From a virus: 41,211 nt of DNA. The stretch lies in the IMG/VR virus record IMGVR_UViG_3300045163_000020, one strand, 5' to 3'. Under the pieces are notes generated by a model. That model saw only the letters and a list, made by a program, of their open reading frames with translations, did no database searches and had not been told where the DNA came from. The first letter of the stretch is position 1. Every line of letters starts with the position of its first letter. Shown here one piece after another: positions 40,509 through 41,211 of this stretch. A program made the translations under genes and the position numbers.

Positions 40509-41211
40509 CTATCCGACGGTGACCTTCCATCCCTTCTGGGTGGCCTTTGCTGTGTCGCAGCCTTGTGCGGTTGCGGGCAAGCTGATCTTGCAGCCTGGGT
40601 AGGCCTGGCCGATTGCGTCCATGAAGTTGTTGGCGGCGGCGGGGGACATGATGGTGTATTTCAGGTCGATGATTCCTGGGCTGTTTCCGCCTCCTGGGGT
40701 GTCGGAGGATGAGTAGAACTTCGGTCCGATTCCTCGGAGGATGACGCTCTCCAGCGCCGCACACCCGGAGAACGTGGAGAACATGTTCGTCACCTTGCTG
40801 GTGTCCAGCTCCGGCACCGTCGTCAACGCCGCACACCCGGAGAACATCGAGGACATGTTCGTCACCTTGCTGGTGTCCAGCTCCGGCACCGTCGTCAACG
40901 CCGCACACCCGGAGAACATCGAGGACATGTTCGTCACCTGGCTGGTGTCCAGCTCCGGCACCGTCGTCAACGCCGCACACCCGGAGAACATCGAGGACAT
41001 GTTCGTCACCTGGCTGGTGTCCAGCTCCGGCACCGTCGTCAACGCCGCACACCCGGAGAACATCGAGGACATGTTCGTCACCTGGCTGGTGTCCAGCTCC
41101 GGCACCGTCGTCAACGCCGCACACCCGGAGAACATCGAGGACATGTTCGTCACCTGGCTGGTGTCCAGCTCCGGCACCGTCGTCAACGCCGCACACCCGG
41201 AGAACATCGAG
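40509..41211 (-). CDS. C-terminal part of the same tail protein: BspA/DUF285-type leucine-rich repeats plus a 90-aa C-terminal cap
   Basis: The ORF track protein is MFSGCAALTTVPELDTSQVTNMSS repeated, which matches the FDTSxVTxMxxMFxGCxxLTSL signature of BspA-family LRR surface proteins. The frame is continuous with 1..905 whether or not the 69-bp overlap is trimmed. Confidence 0.8.
   Translation of the reverse strand, partial: SMFSGCAALTTVPELDTSQVTNMSSMFSGCAALTTVPELDTSQVTNMSSMFSGCAALTTVPELDTSQVTNMSSMFSGCAALTTVPELDTSQVTNMSSMFSGCAALTTVPELDTSKVTNMSSMFSGCAALTTVPELDTSKVTNMFSTFSGCAALESVILRGIGPKFYSSSDTPGGGNSPGIIDLKYTIMSPAAANNFMDAIGQAYPGCKISLPATAQGCDTAKATQKGWKVTVG
40780..41211 (-). repeat. Tandem array of six 72-bp (24-codon) units, continuing into 1..99 through the junction
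   Basis: Unit starts at 40780, 40852, 40924, 40996, 41068 and 41140. The last four units are identical at every base. Unit 40852 differs by 1 nt and unit 40780 by 2 nt. A degenerate unit lies further 3-prime (lower coordinates). Confidence 0.95.
41143..41211. repeat. Terminal direct repeat, right copy (identical to 1..69)
   Basis: Same 69-mer as 1..69. It lies inside the 72-bp tandem array, so the overlap register is ambiguous by multiples of 72 bp. Confidence 0.95.

Larger units (their letters stand above)
1..41211. mobile_element. Complete temperate siphovirus-like actinobacteriophage genome on a self-closing contig (about 41,142 unique bp after removing the 69-bp terminal overlap)
   Basis: Full morphogenesis set, lysis cassette, integrase and repressor module, and early operon. 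No housekeeping genes at either edge. First 69 nt equal last 69 nt, and a tail ORF stays in frame across the junction. Confidence 0.85.

Noticed and set aside
40780-41211. Regular 72-bp repeats as a possible CRISPR array
   Set aside because: The units are directly abutting with no spacers. They are an exact multiple of 3 nt, and they translate in frame into a known LRR motif within a tail gene.
1-41211. Diversity-generating retroelement or invertase shufflon acting on the tail-fibre C-terminus
   Set aside because: No reverse transcriptase or serine/tyrosine invertase gene lies next to the tail genes. There is no template/variable repeat pair and there are no inverted repeats flanking the fibre 3-prime ends. 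The only recombinase is the integrase at 36411..37631.
41143-41211. Simple head-to-tail concatenation of the window as the true circular sequence
   Set aside because: It would create a 69-bp aberrant unit (one codon lost) in an otherwise exact 72-bp array. Removing one copy of the 69-bp overlap restores a perfect unit, so the overlap is the better interpretation.

Overview
This high-G+C window (roughly two-thirds G+C by eye) is, end to end, one temperate siphovirus-type actinobacteriophage genome. No cellular genes flank it. The first 69 nt are identical to the last 69 nt, and a tail gene reads in frame across that junction. The contig is therefore a closed, circular or circularly permuted genome of about 41,142 unique bp. 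Almost everything is on the minus strand, in long translationally coupled chains with ATGA or GTGA stop-start overlaps. In transcription order (decreasing coordinates) the minus strand carries four blocks. (1) A Cro-like XRE gene at 34911 heads an early operon down to about 23700, which includes an antirepressor, an excisionase-type HTH, a WhiB and an HNH-domain protein. (2) A packaging and head block spans 23610 to 14960: HNH, TerS, a TerL in two frames, portal, a MuF fusion, scaffold and capsid. (3) A tail block runs from 14963 to 1 and wraps to 40509: connectors, major tail, G/GT chaperones with a GGGTTTT slip site, a 1730-aa tape measure, Dit, Tal, fibres and an LRR protein. (4) A lysis cassette spans 40453 to 37852. 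The only plus-strand genes form the lysogeny module at 35055 to 37631: HTH repressor candidate, ImmA/IrrE-type HExxH protease, lipoprotein and tyrosine integrase. The most interesting observations are as follows. (a) A junction-spanning tail protein fuses a glycine-rich minor-tail N-terminus to BspA/DUF285-type leucine-rich repeats, which are encoded by nucleotide-perfect 72-bp tandem repeats. (b) A MuF head protein carries a lower-GC C-terminal HExxH metallopeptidase-like domain, followed by a tiny acidic ORF and a terminator. (c) The terminase large subunit is split into ATPase and nuclease ORFs in different frames. (d) A G8 homopolymer breaks an early gene. (e) A seven-tract G-quadruplex motif sits in the gap upstream of the ORF that precedes the packaging genes. 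All functional calls rest on motifs I recognise by eye and on gene order. No database search was possible.
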